Assembly (NCBI GenBank): GCA_050309605.1 | Contig: JBNRMN010000048.1 | Coordinates: 1 to 18,520 of the forward strand | Origin: Anaerohalosphaeraceae bacterium | Lineage (GTDB): Bacteria > Planctomycetota > Phycisphaerae > Sedimentisphaerales > Anaerohalosphaeraceae | DNA: 18,520 nucleotides | Direction of reading: 5' to 3' | Shown: in pieces, positions 17,140-18,520 of the stretch | Position numbering within the stretch: the stretch's first letter is position 1 | Layout of the letters: every line of letters begins with the position of its first letter | Program-made: the position numbers and the translations under genes | The notes under the pieces: model-generated | The model's input: only the letters and a program-made list of their open reading frames with translations | Told to the model about the DNA's origin: nothing | Database searches by the model: none

Positions 17140-17168
17140 AGTATCTCAGAAATATCGACAACATTCAA
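17140..17168 (-). promoter_or_regulatory. Candidate promoter of the DUF4160/DUF2442 pair (TTGAAT-17-GATACT, extended -10)
   Basis: Minus strand: TTGAAT 17168-17163, TGa-GATACT 17145-17140, then 7 nt to ATG 17132. Confidence 0.5.
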
Positions 17169-17220
17169 CTGACTTTTCATATAAACAATCGGCAAAAAAT
17201 TGTCGTTTGGTGGGCCTCAC

Positions 17221-17260
17221 AAAAAGGAAAGGGCCGAGTCGCGTTGACGACCCGGCCCTT
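17221..17260 (-). terminator. rRNA operon terminator
   Basis: Stem AAGGGCCG-x-GTCG / CGAC-x-CGGCCCTT (17229-17260) followed by a T-rich tract on the minus strand, just after the 5S rRNA. Confidence 0.8.
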
Positions 17261-17265
17261 ATAAA

Positions 17266-17374
17266 TCCTGGCATTCACCTACTTTCGCCCCAAAGGACTA
17301 TCATCGGCCGTTCGGGCTTAGCTTCTGAGTTCGGAATGGGATCAGGCGTTTCCCCGAACGTATGGACACCAGGA
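17266..17374 (-). rRNA. rrf: 5S ribosomal RNA (~109 nt)
   Basis: Reverse complement is TCCTGGTGTCCATA...GATCCCATTCCGAACTCAGAAGCTAAG...CCGATGATAGT...GAAAGTAGG...GCCAGGA, with paired termini. Confidence 0.96.
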
Positions 17375-17501
17375 AACTTGTGAAGCGATTTTTCACAAAA
17401 TCGCGTCTCTCTTGACTTATACACGTTCACAGCGGATAAAAATGAGCGATTGCAAATATAAACCTGTGCGAATTGCAGCCCATATCAACCCATGATTGAT
17501 A

Positions 17502-18520
<1,019 letters not shown>

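Noticed and set aside
17378..17404. TTGTGAA-N7-TTCACAA palindrome in the 23S-5S spacer as a Rex site
   Set aside because: The spacing is N7 rather than N4 and it lies in a transcribed spacer, so an RNA processing hairpin is more likely.

Overview
Bacterial chromosomal window, most likely from an anaerobic planctomycete (inferred from the ClpC N-terminal sequence type, a short ~109-nt 5S rRNA and [FeFe]-hydrogenase maturases). From left to right it contains: the right end of an IS66-family element; an unexplained, promoter-driven, hairpin-rich ~440-nt region; tRNA-Asp(GTC); lon; a four-gene operon (VTC/polyphosphate-polymerase-like protein, DUF4956-like membrane protein, HlyD-type membrane fusion protein, TolC-like lipoprotein); hydG and hydF separated by a Bro-N gene that is flanked by two 134-bp direct repeats; a secreted low-complexity protein; a PaaI-like thioesterase; clpC; a DUF4160/DUF2442 toxin-antitoxin-like pair whose DUF4160 gene has an in-frame TAA; and 5S rRNA plus the 3' ~1 kb of 23S rRNA on the minus strand. 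The best candidate for an undescribed system is the VTC-DUF4956-HlyD-TolC operon, which has no ABC/RND/MFS pump and may be a trans-envelope polyphosphate synthesis and export machine. The second candidate is the repeat-flanked single-gene cassette inside the hyd cluster. All family calls come from motif recognition by eye; no database searches were run.
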